A stretch of DNA of 63,729 nucleotides, counting the filler, from Dugesia japonica (taxonomy: Eukaryota): the NCBI GenBank assembly GCA_001938525.1. It is 6 parts of 6 records of this genome, joined end to end, with 100 filler letters (N's around TTAATTAATTAA, not from the genome) between each part and the next. Parts side by side here need not be neighbours in the genome. Positions count along the whole stretch, not along the records: positions 30,868 to 42,983 come from MQRL01362997.1; positions 43,084 to 52,543 come from MQRL01640526.1; 4 more parts are not named here. One strand, 5' to 3'. The position numbers were made by a program, and so were the translations under genes. The notes below the pieces were generated by a model that saw nothing but the letters and a program-made list of their open reading frames with translations, ran no database searches and was not told where the DNA came from. This document shows, piece after piece, positions 30,868-45,769 of the stretch (position 1 is the first letter of the stretch; each line of letters begins with the position of its first letter).

Positions 30868-32803
30868 TACGATGTGAATTATGTGACACAAATATAAATA
30901 CATATATAAATATAAATACATATATAAATATAAATACATATCTTATTTAAATTAATTAGTTAATTAGTTATATCCCTAATAATCGAGAAGCAGTGAATAA
31001 ATGTTGAGTGTGTCGGATTCTCCTTTAATCTGTTTAATATTAACGAAATATTAATTTAAAGGGATATGTATGTCATATTGTTTTCGATTGTGGGCTGTAG
31101 AGGCGGCGAATATTAAATCATTATTGAGTAGAGTTTTGACCTCGTTAAGTTCCTCTATTTATGTACGGAGTAAATTGGAGAACCTCGAGATAGGGTAAAA
31201 TATAAGTTAAATATAAATATTATTAAAAATAGAATTCATGTTTTATTTATAAAACGTTTGAAACCCGATTGTTAATTTTAGTGACGAAAATCAATGAGGA
31301 TCAAGTGAAAAATAAGGAGTTAGCTGCCGGGCAGAAACGATGTGCCGAGGAACGTCGCGAGATCTTGAAGCTGAAGGGACAGGTGATGAAGTCACCGGCG
31401 AAATTTAACCAGCTTAAAGAAAAGGAGTTGTCCCTTCAGCATGCGAACCGGCTTATGGCGGACGTAATTAAGACGCACGCCGACCGGTAAAACTATATGT
31501 TCGTCACCTTGAGAACCGGCGCCAGATGATCTGGTTAGAGACGACAACACAGTGGATTTGGACGTGGAATGAACATAAGTCATCAAACCATGTATCAATG
31601 AATGTTCGCTACTGTTAGAGATTATTTAGTTTCAATTTATTTTTTTAACTGATAAATTATCATCGTATTTTAATCCATAGCATATACTAACTGAGCGAGT
31701 TGTTCAGTGGTTTTCTAACATCACAACGAGTAAGACGCGATACCGCATAGTCGCGCTGGACCCGGGGAAAGAGGGGCATGGTACAGAGATACCATAAACG
31801 CTTGAGGTTTTTAGGTATGCCTATAGACATTACGGTGAATTATTAAATATGAAAGCGAGATCAGAGAGTTATAGAGAAAAAATTAAAAGATCAAAATCCT
31901 AAAAACCCAACAAATTTTTTTAATAATTTTACTGCAAAATTCACAAATTTTGAGGAAATATTGCATTTATTGATATGAACGTGTACACTCCTTTGCAATT
32001 AACGTGTTAAAGAAAATTAATCAATATAAAATGGAAATAATTGCTTTCAATATAGAATTTGCATCTTTTTTAAAATAATGTTATTTAGTTATTTATATTT
32101 TACAAATTTCTATTTGACAAAATATTTCTTTTAATATAACAGAAAAGGTCGCATTAAATATTAATTAAATGTAATGCTAGATTTTACGGAAATTTTATGA
32201 ATTAGACTCCTTACACAACTTATTTTGAATATTATCTCACTTTCTTAAAAACTTCCAGTTTACAGAACTCCTTCTATTTCTGAATAACTGGAAAATAATA
32301 TTTTAAAATGCCACTATCATTTTCTAAGACGTTTTTACTCATTTGAATTCATTTTTGTCAAATTTTTAATGGTTTTTTATTTCAATTTAATTTTTTATTT
32401 TCTTTCAGTAAGAAATTTTTCTTTAATTAATAATTGATAACAATAAATTAAATAAATCGACTTTATAACTTTCATTACATAAAAAGGAAAAATTTTATTC
32501 AAGTGGGGTTCATATAGCAAATAAAATGAAAATCAAGAGTAATTCATTACTATCCCACAATTTTATTTACTTCTAAAATTGAAAAATAAAGAAAGATTTT
32601 ATATTTACTCTCAAAAGTTCATTTTAATTTTCTTTATAACGTCGGGAATCTTCAAATAAAGAATATCTAAAAGAAATATTTGTAACTTAATTTCTATTTA
32701 TTCTATTTTATGCTTTAATAGACTATTATAAATTATTCTTAAAATTTGAAATGAATTCATTGAAAATTATATATTATAAAATTATCTATGATTATATTAT
32801 ATA

Positions 32804-33300
32804 TTAGGTTTGGACATAAGATCGTGTGGTTATTTCAAGATACAAACGTTTTTACTTTTATGGAAATATTAAAACAAGTTAATAAGTTAAACATTATCCT
32901 CCGTTGCGCACTACTTCTTCCCACTTTTTGACAAAGTTTCAATTCAATGTTTGAAAAAATCAACTGATATTAAAACTTAGAAGTAATCAAGCTAATTTTG
33001 AATCTCTGCATCGCTTTTAAAGGAAATCCCTGAAAGAGTGTTGAAGGTTCAGAAAGTGAAGATAATCCAATGGAGTAAGATGGTGAAAGTAAGGCGGGTG
33101 TGTGAGAATCTCCCAATGCAGCTACAGAACTCCCATTTTCTTTCGGGTTGCAGTGTGCGGCCTCGGTTTACATGTAAGAGAATGATTTTATGTTACAGCC
33201 TGTATTATCACATAGATCAAAAGTTTCTTGCTTAAAGCGTTCGTCTCACTTTTCCTAGTCCTTTCAGCAACAGAGTCTTTTCCATACACAGTGCAAATGA
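32804..33300 (-). mobile_element. Possible mariner remnant with TIR
   Basis: tattaggtttggacataag TIR-like end and degenerate transposase C-terminus. Confidence 0.45.
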
Positions 33301-35399
33301 TTTTTGCGGCTTCAGTCGCCTTGTAACTTCAGTTGAACTCATAGAGAAGAAGATCCCAGATATGCACTCAATCAGATTTGTCATAAAAATTTGTTATATT
33401 TATATTTCCTAGATTTCTCACAAGAAATTTCAATTCTATTTCTTCGTTTATTTACAATAATACGATTCTTATATGATATTTCTCAAAAGTATTAGAAAAA
33501 AAGTTTATAAAATAGTATCAGGGCAATATTCCTCTTATAGTTATTTATAATATTAAAACCAAAAAAATGTTATAAGCAAATTTTATTACGCAAAATGATT
33601 TTAAGACAATATCTCCAGGGAAATATTCACCCCAGTGAAAATAATTAAAATTTTGAAAAAACTAAAATATTATTTTCTTTTCAATTAAACATTATAATTT
33701 CAAATTTAAAGATTGCAAAAAATAAAGATAAAGAAAACAAAAGGGAAAGAATAAATAAATTAAAATAAAATTTTTCAAAAATTGAAAAATTAAAAAACAG
33801 TTTTTCTGAAAAAGTTGCTTGTTTATTCTAGAAATTAAATTGCATTTTTTATAAAAGAAAAGAAAGCATGCAAAAATCTATTTAAAACCCTAAATTATGA
33901 GCAATGCCAAATAAATAGTCCAATTTGTTAAGATTTCAAACATCTTGTTCAATAGTGAGGATTTGAACCGTTAGATCTGAATACGTTTTTCTTCCATGAT
34001 GAGGTGCGTGGTCAGCAGGAGCTTGTGTCAAGTGAACTTACAGCAGNGCTTGTTCACGTTTGATGCAGTTGAAGAAACTCAAAAAATTAGGATGATTACG
34101 AACCAACATTGGACTGGAAACTTCTTTGCCATCCATCAACTGAGTTTTTTCGTTAAAAAAACTTAAAGAACTTCATGGACAACTTAATAATCCAAATAAG
34201 AATAGCTCGGGTTTTTAGTTTCATAAAAATCAACCCAGTATTCATATTGTTTATAAATTGTATAAAAAATCTTGAGGTTACCAATATTAATTGTTGTTAA
34301 AGAACTAAATTTTATTCAGCTAAGTATTGTATGTTTCTTCGTAATATTTGTAATTTATATAATATTAATGGAAACTAGATTTTTAATAAATTTTTATTTG
34401 ATTTGTAATTAAGTAATTGTTATTTAAAAAACATGTTTAAATAATAGTTGAATTAGTTTTTGAAATTGGCCAAACTAAAGAACCTTTTTTAAATAATAGA
34501 CTAAAGTTAGCATTTTATTCGTCTAAATTTTAGTATTAAGTACTATTAATAATTTGTAATACCTTTAATTTTTTACGAAAACGTAATTCAGAATTTGTTG
34601 TAATTTTTGTAAAATCATAATCGAAATGAAATCATTTGTAGAACATTTGTCTGTGCAAATTTATAATAATAAATAAATTTAAAATTATGCATGAGTCAAG
34701 AAGTATAAATAAGAACGAAATTTAGAAGAATTTTCAAATTTGTTAAATAAAAAGATTCATCACACCCATAATTAGTTAAAGTCTAATCATTTGCATTTTC
34801 TATTTATATAGTCTTGATTATAAATTACAAATAACCAATTATTTTACTTAAAATTATTTAATTTTTAATTACTTTATTAGGTAATTATTTTAAACATTAA
34901 TTTAAATTTCATTCTTATATGGATTTGATTTTAATTTTTTTACCAAAAACTAAATATATTTATAATTTATTCATAACTTTTATGCTTTTTGCTACAAAAC
35001 GACTATTGATTATGCAAAATAATTATCATTTATTTGTTAATTTACAATTATTTATCCATTTCTTAGAGCTTATATATTAGGATTGAGGTTGAATTGGCAT
35101 TAATTTAGTTAATTGACTTTGGTATCGAATTTCACTATTTTAAGAATTTTATTTTAATGATATATTCTAAAGAAATATAAATATTAGTAATAGAAAATTT
35201 TTTTTAATAAAATAATTACCAGTGACCAGATCTTCATAGAATTACATATTTTTACAAATTAAACCTATTTTTTAAAATATTTTTAAAAAATGAATTTCGT
35301 GTTTGTTTTAAAAATTCTATCATTTCAATTGAAGATTTCAAATATAAAAAAACCAAATGCGTGATATTTACCTTTAAAAGTACCAACTTGATCACAACG

Positions 35400-36040
35400 T
35401 TGCAGAGACCAGTCGAAATACCAATCTCGCATTCGACCAGGGAGCGATAAATGAGTGTTCGATGATGAGGTGATTTAAAAGTTTTACAGTTGAGTATGAG
35501 ACCCTGGAAGATGGATAAATTCGTCGACGTCGAATTTTCACGAATAATGAAAAATTGAACGACTTGATTAAGGCAGATCCGCGCACAACTATTTGATAGC
35601 TTGTCCAACAGTTATATGTCAGTAGCAATTATTAATTATCTCAAACAATTGAACCAAGTGAAGAAGCTTGATAAATGGGTGCCGCATAATAAGTGAAAAT
35701 GAAAGTCGGTGTTTTGAAATCTGCTTGTTGCTTATTCTCCAGAATATCTACGATCATTTCATCAACCAGATAGTAAATTGTGATTAAAAAGTGGATATAT
35801 GATAACCACAAGCGTTCTGCGCAGAGAAAAGATCATGATCAATCTCCAAAACCGTGGTCATCCAAAGAAGATTGTAGTAAGCGTTTGGAAGTATTCTGAA
35901 AGCATTATTTATTTTAACCTTCTGTCTACTGGTGAAACTATTACAACAGACAAATACTGTAAAGATATCGATGAAATGCATAAAAAGTGGCAACTTCTTC
36001 ATCAGCTTTGGTCAATTGTTCTTCATGACAATGTGAGAAT
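35400..36040 (+). mobile_element. Decayed mariner transposase
   Basis: KLDKWVPH, GETITTDKYCKDIDEM, IVLHDN across frameshifts. Confidence 0.85.
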
Positions 36041-38022
36041 GATATTTGAATTGCTTAATTTCAAATTTATATGCGTAATTAAAATATTTATATAAATTTT
36101 TGAAATTTAAAATATTTCGAGAAAATAATTAAAATAATTATTGAATATTAAAAACTTTCCTGAGTCTATTTTGCAATTCATATGAACTTTGTATTAAATA
36201 AATGTTTGATGAGGATAGTATTTTTCTTGCTAATAGTTCTTCATGACAATGCTGGCTCACATGCTGCACAAATAACAATACGATGAATACATGACATTGA
36301 CTATGAAAGTTTGCCTCATCTCCGTACTTTCCGGATCTTTCCTATAGTGACTATTGCTTTTTAAACATCTTACTGTTTTTCTTGATTGAATATGTATTAC
36401 TATATAACTTTTTTCTACAATAAAAAATGTCGTCAATTTAAATTTGTAGCATAGAAAGTCTTGTCTATTCATACGACTCTAACAATACGACTCTCTATAT
36501 TCTATCCGAAACCAAGCCTAGTCATAGCATATAAAATGTCATTAAACTGCACCACTTGATAAGTCGTTGTCGACTCTGTTTGGTAGTAAAGCCTTTTGGA
36601 GGTATATAACAATACAATTAGACCTTGGCATACGTCATCCTCTGAGTCTTTCTTGGCAACTAGGAAGATGATAATTTTATGATTTAAAAACCTGTTATGT
36701 TCAAGAACATATAACACCTTTTTCTACTTCCTTTGACTTCTTGTATCACTCAACTAATATCCAATGTTGAACCCAGTTCTATATCTCTCTATTGAATAAA
36801 TGCAATTCATTAGAAGTCACTGATAATTGTGAAATTTTCAACTGATAGGATTTCCTGTAGCAAACCTTCATCTTACTATGCCGTGAAATCATTGTCTTAG
36901 ATTAAGTTACCTCTTATCATTCTTTGGTATCACTGCGCATGCATATACGAACTTTCCTTCGCTTGGTCTTCTATTAACAATATACGCTCCCAAACTCTTG
37001 TTTTCAATAACTATGCATGATTTAATAGTGAAATTTTAAAAGCTGATTTCGCTATTTAAATGAATACCATTCCAGATTATAATGTCAATGCCACACCGTA
37101 GACTGTTTAATAAATAAAACTTCACTAGTTCTATATTTACACTTTATATACAACTTTACCGATATATTTAGGCAATGCCATTCACTCACTCTAAACGCGA
37201 ACTCATTACACTGTTTAACAATATATATTCTAATATCAAATGCCTTATTAACAGCAACATACTACTTATAACATTATGATAGGTTCAAGAAAAATAGTGC
37301 GCTGCGTAGATTCCTGTTAACTGAGTTCCGAAATATAAATATTATAGTAGAATTAATTGTAAATAATCTTTTGTTCCACCAGACCCGGCGTCAGGGTAGG
37401 GTGAGCGAGGCAAGCACCCCGAGTTCCGCACTTTTGGTGATAAAAAACATTTTTTCTTTCAAAAATCTAATATTTTCGATTAAATAGAGGCTCTGAGTTC
37501 AATAAGTAGGAATGATGATGCGAGCAAATACTAAGAAGTCCTTCGTAGTTTTTATAACGATTACTGCAATTTCCTAAATCTCAAACTGTGAGAAANNNNN
37601 NNNNNNNNNNNNNNNNNNNNNNNNNNNNNNNNNNNNNNNNNNNNNNNNNNNTTTTTAAGCATCTTTCATAGTTAAGCCCTTTTTGCAATCAATTTACCTC
37701 AAATGTGTACCAGTGGCTATTTATTGAAATCTTGTGCGAATTATTTTTCAAAAGATTTATTTAAATGCTCCCAACTGTTCATCAGAACTGTCGTTATTAA
37801 CAGAAATTTCAAAAACACTCTTTAATATCAATTCCAACTTTTGATAATCAGTTCTAAATATATGATTTGCGTCGAATGTTTAATTGCCAGTTTAAAATTA
37901 AAGCCCATAGAGTGATGAGATTTAAAAATTATTTATTTTTCATGATTATCAAATTATTATTTATGTTTATATTTGGCCCATCTCATTGGTTGCCACCTTG
38001 GTTCCCGCGCCAACAAAGAAAA

Positions 38023-38901
38023 TTAAAACATATTGAAAATAATAATAATTAAAAAAAATCTAACATTTAATTTTGCGTTCAATTTAATTGATAGAGCAAT
38101 CGAATTGAAAATAGTTTTATCTTTTTCTGAAATTTTCAAATTATTAATCGTCTTTTTAATATTGAAAAAAGAAGCTGCCGGAACGATTGGCCAAACATTT
38201 ATTAAATTATCTTTTTTCGTTTCAAATCTCGGAATTAATACACCAAACATCAAATTGCTGATTTTAAACACCCAAAATGTATAAGATTGAGGGTAGGAAA
38301 TTTGTTTATTAATATTTGTAACCGCTGAAATTAATTTCAAAAGTTGGCATTCAAAATTTTTTGAATCTTCGTCAGTGTATTTTGTAAGACGCATTTTTAC
38401 TTGCGAATCTTTATTTTGGTGGTTTTGAATTTGGTAGATATTTTTTGTAATTATAATCATTGGTGATCCATATTTGTACCACAATGCTTTAGTCACAGTT
38501 TCAGAGAGAATAAGATTGTCTAATATTTCGTAAGATAAATTACTAATTGCAATAACATATTTAGTATCACTTAAATTACAAATAACATTTGTAATCAATT
38601 TAAAATCGTTTTCATTGAAATATTGCATAAACAAAGAACAATCTTCGTATTTCATTTTCTTAATCATACATTTACTGATTAATTTATTGTTCATTCCAAT
38701 CATATCGTGAAGAAGAAATAGCTTACTTACTAATTGAAAGTAAATAGCATTTTCTGAAGTATTATTATTAGTATCAGTATCTCGAATATTAAATTTCGGA
38801 TTGAGTTTAAGTTCATTAAGTTTAAATTCGGTTTTTTTACATTCTGAAACGTAGGTTGATAAATAATTTAGAATTTCTTCGAAATCTGATATTATTGACA
38901 T
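38023..38901 (-). CDS. Orphan host ORF, probably a first exon
   Basis: 292 codons with normal composition; the 3' end runs into a GT-initiated T-rich tract. Confidence 0.6.
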   Translation of the reverse strand: MSIISDFEEILNYLSTYVSECKKTEFKLNELKLNPKFNIRDTDTNNNTSENAIYFQLVSKLFLLHDMIGMNNKLISKCMIKKMKYEDCSLFMQYFNENDFKLITNVICNLSDTKYVIAISNLSYEILDNLILSETVTKALWYKYGSPMIIITKNIYQIQNHQNKDSQVKMRLTKYTDEDSKNFECQLLKLISAVTNINKQISYPQSYTFWVFKISNLMFGVLIPRFETKKDNLINVWPIVPAASFFNIKKTINNLKISEKDKTIFNSIALSIKLNAKLNVRFFLIIIIFNMF

Positions 38902-39700
38902 TTGATAGTTTTAAGGAATATTAAATTGTAACATGTGTTATTTATATTAATGCATTACAATTTGGTTTTAGTTTGAAAATCTGAAATGCAATTTTCAATT
39001 TTATTCAGAAAAATAAGATTAAAATTCAAACCAGTTTTTATTTTAGTTTTTGTTGCAAAAATATGTTATTATAATATTCATTGAAATAAACAAATCATTA
39101 TTAATTTAATTTCACTTTTTAATTTGTCAAATTAATTTTTTATATTTTCATTACATAAATTCTGTTTTACCAAGATTATATTCTTTTTTAAAATTAAGAA
39201 TGAATTTTGAAAAGGAAATTAAATCTTTACAAACCAAATTCTAATTGTGAGTATATTTTGCAAAGCGAGTTGAAATTTTTGTGTTGTTGGTGATCGTGTT
39301 TCTTAAAATCTTTTATTTAAAAAATTTTAATTGTAGATAAAAATTTAAATAACGAATGTGTATTTTGTTAAATTTTAAATTACGTTTTAAAATAATAAGG
39401 TAAAAGTTTGTTAAAGGTTTGAATGAAAAATTAAAATGACAAATGAATATTTAGTTTTAAATTTTAAATTACGTTTTAAAATAATAAAGTAAAAAATTGT
39501 TTTAAGTTTGAAGGAAATTTTTAAATAACCTTAAATAAATTTTTAAAAAAACTTGGAAAGCGATCACCAATTAAAACATGGATTTTAATTTGTTTACATA
39601 AACAAATGGTGTGAGTTATAGTTTTGTTTTCGAATAAATTTTCTTATGGAGTTGAATTTTGATATTGAGGATCCGATGAGTACTCCAAACTCATCTAACA

Positions 39701-40200
39701 TGGCGGCAGCGGTAAACACTGATGCGATCACGGAGAGATTGTTGCCAAAATTATTTTGCAAAGGCGATGATCTAGAGAAGTTTATTAAACGGTGTGAAAT
39801 ATACTTCAAGGCAAAGAGCATCGTTATTAAGAAAGATCAGGAGCGTTAGATAACATGTATGCTTCATGAAGATTTAATGTAAGCATATGTGTAAACATTG
39901 AAGAAAGTTGACGGATATCGAGAGAGATTGTGATTAGCTTTTGAGAGCAAGAGAGGTGTAATAAAATATTTGCGGGAACAATTGTGTAGTGGAACAAGTA
40001 ACAAGAAGATCGAATGGGCGAAAGAATTAGAAGAATTTATTTAATGGAATGAAAGAAGCATTTGTGATGTTTCCAATATTATTTTGGACACAGATACGAC
40101 TTTCGACAATATTGGTGCAGTACTATCTCAAAGAACAACAATGAACAAGAAAAAGTACGTGCATATGAGTCACACGCAATGACGAGTAACGAGAAATGTT
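39701..40200 (+). mobile_element. Deleted Ty3/gypsy: PBS, gag start, RNase H fragment
   Basis: aaca|tggcggcagcggt (tRNA-Leu-like PBS); PKLFCKGDDLEKFIKRCEIYF; ILDTD...IGAVLSQ. Confidence 0.7.
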
Positions 40201-41269
40201 GAGGAAAGCTAGCTCATAAATAATATACTAACAACAATATACTAACAACAAATCTATAAGCTTATAAATAAGTACACATATACACAAACAACACATTCAG
40301 TTGAATATCAATGTTGCTGCCCAAATAAAACAATGGATTCGACAATTCAAAGTGATCAAAATTCAAAGTAATCAGATTTTTTATTTGATTCGACATTTTA
40401 ATGTGATCAAAAATTCAAGCTTATCAGACTTTTTATTTTGACTTTTATTTTTCACAACCTGACATCAGACTTTTTATATTTGACTATTTATGTATTGATT
40501 TGAATTTTTATTGATTATCAAATTATTTATGTCAGTTTTATTTTTACACTTTATATAATTATTATTTTCGGTTTCAATCAGTTCTAAAATTGTAATCAGT
40601 TCTAATTTCGATATAACGGATATTTATGTAATTATTCTATTCGGTTTTAATTTTAATCAGTTTTAATTTCGATTTAACCGATATTATTAAATAAAAATCA
40701 GGTTATTATATTATTAATTTTCTTAATTCTTTATGTAAAATATTATGTAATTATTCAATTCGGTTTTAATTTTAATTTCGATTTAACGGATATTATTAAA
40801 TAACAATTTCTCAATTCTTTATGTAAAATAATAAACAATTTTTTAAAAATAAAATTTTAATAGATAAATTTAGTAAATGTTTATAATTTTTAATAAATTA
40901 TTGTGTTATTCTTATAAATCTTTACAATTTTTGATAATTTGCATGCGTATCTCTATAGAATAAATAGAGAGCTTATTTTCATTTTTTTCACGCTCATTTT
41001 AAATCTTTTATAAGGTCTAAAACTTTTAAAGTTGCAGACCAGAAAATAAAAATACTAACTTGAGAAATTTTGTAAATCATTGTTGAATTTTAAAAAACTT
41101 TTAAGTAAATACTTTATTTATTTGTATAAGAAATACTACATAGTGTATTTATACGATATGGCTATATTTATATTAATCATATTTAGGAAAGACATATATA
41201 AAATATATTCGGATTTCCAATTTAAATTTCTTATAAAACTAAACTCACGATCTTGTTCATTTACCTTTG

Positions 41270-41845
41270 CGAAATCCCAAAGACATCTCAACAGAAAGGA
41301 TATTGTACTGCGCGGAAAGAATTACTTGCAATTTACTATTTTTGTATTCATTTCAAACGTTACTTATATGGGAAGAGATTTATTCTTAGAACAGACCATA
41401 ATGCTATCAATTTTTTGTAAAATACCAAAAAACCGATCACGTCACGGTTTTGAACTTGGATTAATTATTTGAGCAGTTTAGATATAAAATTGGAATATAA
41501 AAAAGATTGCCTGTAATAGAATTTACCTTGAATGCTACAAAACAGAAGATCACCGGGAAAATGCTACCTGTAATCGTATTTAGAAAAGGAATAAGCAGAG
41601 AAAAATCGTACGAAACAGATTCTCAAAGAAAGCACACAGAACTAGAAGAGAATTTATTGACCAAAAGTCAATTCAAGGTTGGTGATAAGGTCTTAATGAA
41701 AGTTAAAGCAAGAAGCAAGAAACAAGATCGTTTTGAAGGACTCTATAAGATCAAAGAAATCGTTCACGATCTATGTTACACCCTGGAAAAAGTCTTGAAA
41801 GAAACGTAGAGAAGATTAAAAAAAAATTTAAAATAGGGGACGTGA
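41270..41845 (+). mobile_element. Ty3/gypsy RNase H and integrase C-terminal remnant
   Basis: RKELLAI...FILRTDH; FKVGDKVL...DRFEG; PPT aaaatagggga. Confidence 0.8.
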
Positions 41846-41849
41846 TTCT

Positions 41850-42480
41850 CGTTCAAAATTACCTTAAGCATGTAAACTCTATAACTCAGGATTCATCTGC
41901 TAATTCCAATACGACCAGAAAGGGCTTCAAATTTGACTGAAATTAAGTTTACAAGTCACAACTGTCATTAACTTATTTCACGATTATAATCTTTTGAAAA
42001 ATAAAACTGCTTTGTTTGAAGTAGAAGGAACATAGGGCAAATATATTAAGAAAATTTATGATGTTTTATTGACAATCTGTCCTACAAGTGTTGAGAATGA
42101 AAGAGCATTTTCGGCTGCAGGTCAAATCTGTACGAAACTTCAAATAAACATGAACGATGAGCCAATNNATGCTTTGTGTTTCTTGCGAACTTATTTTAAA
42201 ACAATTAAAAATATATAGAACTAAAACGCTGATTTTATTTGTAGTGCTATATAATTTTTGTAATTTTCTTTTACAATATATTATTTGTTAATGAATTATT
42301 ACAAAAATGAAATAATTTTGTTATTTTGAAATAAAATGTGAAATAAAGTTCAATAATTTAATCGTCTGAATTATTTTTTTAAGTATCAAATTTTCAGTAT
42401 TGAAAACCGGGATACCGGCTTTTGTTCCGTAGAAGCCGAAATACCGGTTTTCAAAATTCTTTTCGGTTAAGCATTCTCTA
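41850..42480 (+). mobile_element. hAT transposon 3' remnant
   Basis: PTSVENERAFSAAG...ALCFLR dimerisation domain; accgg subterminal repeats; ~72-nt tandem duplication at 42452..42600. Confidence 0.8.
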
Positions 42481-42983
42481 GTTTTATTGTAGTTCTATTT
42501 ATTTCTTAAATTAGCAAATGCGTCAAAATTCCTTTCGGTTAAGCATTCTCTAGTTTTATTGTAGTTCTATTTATTTCTTAAATTAGCAAATGCGTCAAAA
42601 GTAAATTTAATTATAAAAACTTGACACTATGTAATTATAACTCTAAACAATGCCGATAATGAATTTAATATAGTTCTCTGCAATATTCTAAAGGTTTTTA
42701 ATTTGTTTGATACAAAATTTACAATTCCCAGAATTTCAAAGTAACAATATATATGACACTTCAGAGCATCGCTATTAAAATGCATTACGAGATATTTCTA
42801 AAAAGATGGTCATCACTTTTATAAACAATTTAAGATGATCACAGGAAATGAAGTTCGTTAAATCACTAACTTTTATGTAAGTGATAATGAACTAAATAAT
42901 GAACTAAAATGAAACTATTAAAATGAACTGTCTAGATTATTATTAGATTAATCTTATTATTATTACTATTATTACTATTATTA

Positions 42984-43083
42984 NNNNNNNNNNNNNNNNN
43001 NNNNNNNNNNNNNNNNNNNNNNNNNNNTTAATTAATTAANNNNNNNNNNNNNNNNNNNNNNNNNNNNNNNNNNNNNNNNNNNN
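42984..43083. other. Artificial contig spacer
   Basis: 44N-TTAATTAATTAA-44N. Confidence 0.97.
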
Positions 43084-45344
43084 AAAAAATTAGTTGAAGA
43101 AGAAATGAGTAGGAAATTAAACCTCTGCCATAAGTAAAACAATCTGGAAATAAAAGGAATAACTTAGTAAATGAAAAAATAGAAACGACAGAAGCTATCA
43201 ACAGACAGAAAAGACAAAGAAAGTGACAAGTAATGACCAAGTGATCAATTCCGTAAGCTAAGCAAAGAAAATCAAATTAAAATAATAATTAAAGAGGAAG
43301 AAAATAATTTAAACGAATTAATTATTAAAGGAAAACGACGGAATTAAATTAAAATTCAATTTGAAAACGAAAGTCGGCAATCCAATTAATAAATTAAGAA
43401 GAAAAGAAAATAAATAATTGATTTTATTAAATAGAATAAATTATATAAATTAAAATAATTTATTATAAAAAGAAATTTAATTTTTACAGAAATATCGAAA
43501 AAAGAAGGCTTGCGGTAAAGAAAAATTATCAGTAAAAACAATTATAGTTGAGAAAAAATCAGAGATTTCAAAAATCTAAACCAGAAGACCATGACTAGAT
43601 CAGGAAAGAAGTTGTAAGGATTTTAAAATTAACCAATCCAATTCCAATAATTTTGGAATGACAAAGGTTTGTCTAATAATAAGAAGTCAGGTGAGAGAAT
43701 TTGAGTATTTTGTCCAATGAAAACACAAGAAAAATCAGAACATATGCATTGGTTAATGAGAAGAAAGAAACAGTACTAAAATTTAGTATAAATACCGCTC
43801 AATTTAAGACATCAATCATCATAAAATTTCCACCAAACATTAGCAATTGAAATTATCGATATTGAAGCGGTAAAAATTTATCTGATTTGTATTTTCTCTT
43901 TGTAAATTTGTGTATTCTACTGTTTAATAATTAATAGAATTTTAGTAATGATAATAAAGCTCTCTGTAATCAAATTTCTTTTGTTAATTGTAAAGAGATA
44001 GGTAATTTATTAAAAGGTTACATTATGGAAAATAAGTTTTCATTGTAATGATAGTAATAGTTTCATTTTTATGATAGTAATTAAAATTTACTATAAATGA
44101 TTTATTATAGTAATATTTAATTAATGGTTTACATTTACAATGTCTAATGATAATTTATAACTATAATATAACGATATATCTACTAGATCAAATTCTCCGC
44201 GGGATTTTACTAGGCCAGACCACCCTAGACACAATTTAATTTTCACCCAACTAGATAATAATAATAATAATAACAATAATAATCAATAGTTGTTATACTA
44301 ATATTCTAACTAATGAACAATTTACTCATAATAATACTTATTTTCTAAATAATTAATATTTTGTTTTAATACATGTTATTGTACAATTACTTTACTATTT
44401 CTTTTATTAAAAATTTATAACATTTCTACGAATTTTCATATTAATTTTTATAATATTAATTATTTGAATCTAGTTATAAAAATTTATTTCTAACTATTTC
44501 CTGATATTACCAATTTAATGATACTTATTTAATAATTATATATCTAATTTTATTATTATAAATGTAATTATAAATACCAATATAACGGTTTTCGTAATAT
44601 CTATTTTAGCTCGGTACCATTTGTATTATACTTTTGTCATTATTACTTCTCATCANNNNNNNNNNNNNNNNNNNNNNNNNNNNNNNNNNNNNAAAAAAAT
44701 CTGATCTTCTTAAAAATCTATAACTTAGTTAATAATTAATTAACAAAAACTCTCTGAAACAGGTGGCCTCTTTTGCTTGCATTTTATGTGAATATTATTT
44801 ATTCTTGTATGTAATATTTGTTTTCTTTTTTAAATAAGGTGTTTTATAATACCATCAAAAACTTAAAATAACGCATTGTCAAATGACAAATACATATGTA
44901 TAATTTTTGTAATAATAATTATTATCGATTTCTACAATGATCTGTCAAATATTAAAATACCTTACAATTAATTTAACACATTCGATGCCACACACAATTT
45001 TATATTTTTTACCTGCTAGCCACATCGTGTATAGGGGTTGTTTAATGAAATAAATTATTTGAATGCAAATATAAATATTAATTTTTGAAATAAATATAAA
45101 ATATAAAAATTCCGTTTTAATATAAACATTTGTTTTTCAAACCCTTCCGAGAACCCAAACATTACTAGTTGTCATATATTTTCAATTAACAGTTTTAGAC
45201 ATGACTACAAAAGTAATAATCATTTTAAGAGTTAACTCATAGTTGGTAGTGAACGTGTTAATATATAATTTATAAAATACATATATTGGTATAAAAATGA
45301 AAGTAATCGGAAAGAACAGAAAGTGAANNNNNAGAACAATGAAA

Positions 45345-45684
45345 CAACAGAACTATTAAAAAAAAGGAAGACCTTATATTTATATTTAAATAAGGTACAA
45401 CGTAAATTATCGTTTTTTAAGTGATTTGTTTTATTATTTAGATGTGTTCTATTGATTTTATGCCATATGTGCAGAATAGGTGCACGTAAATTGCTCACAC
45501 GAATATATATAAGTTTAATTTATTAATTTAGAAAATTAATAAACGTTCCTTAAATATTGAAAATACTAATGAAAAATTACTTGAATTAAAGACTTTGTTG
45601 TTATTACAGTTTAAAGTATTGTTGTTTATTTTATAATTTTAATTTAACAAATGACAAATTTCATATATCTTAAATTCCTTTTTT
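45345..45684. repeat. Left long inverted repeat
   Basis: 45443..45684 is the near reverse complement of 50264..50506; 45345..45410 of 51112..51176. Confidence 0.85.
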
Positions 45685-45769
45685 ACAATTATAAGTATTA
45701 TTCTAAAATTGTTAAATAGAAAAATAAAAAAACTTTGGAAGTGTAGAATTGCTCAAAGAATTAAACAAA

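Noticed and set aside
36250-37250. Possible transposon remnant on the minus strand
   Set aside because: No diagnostic motif could be read with confidence
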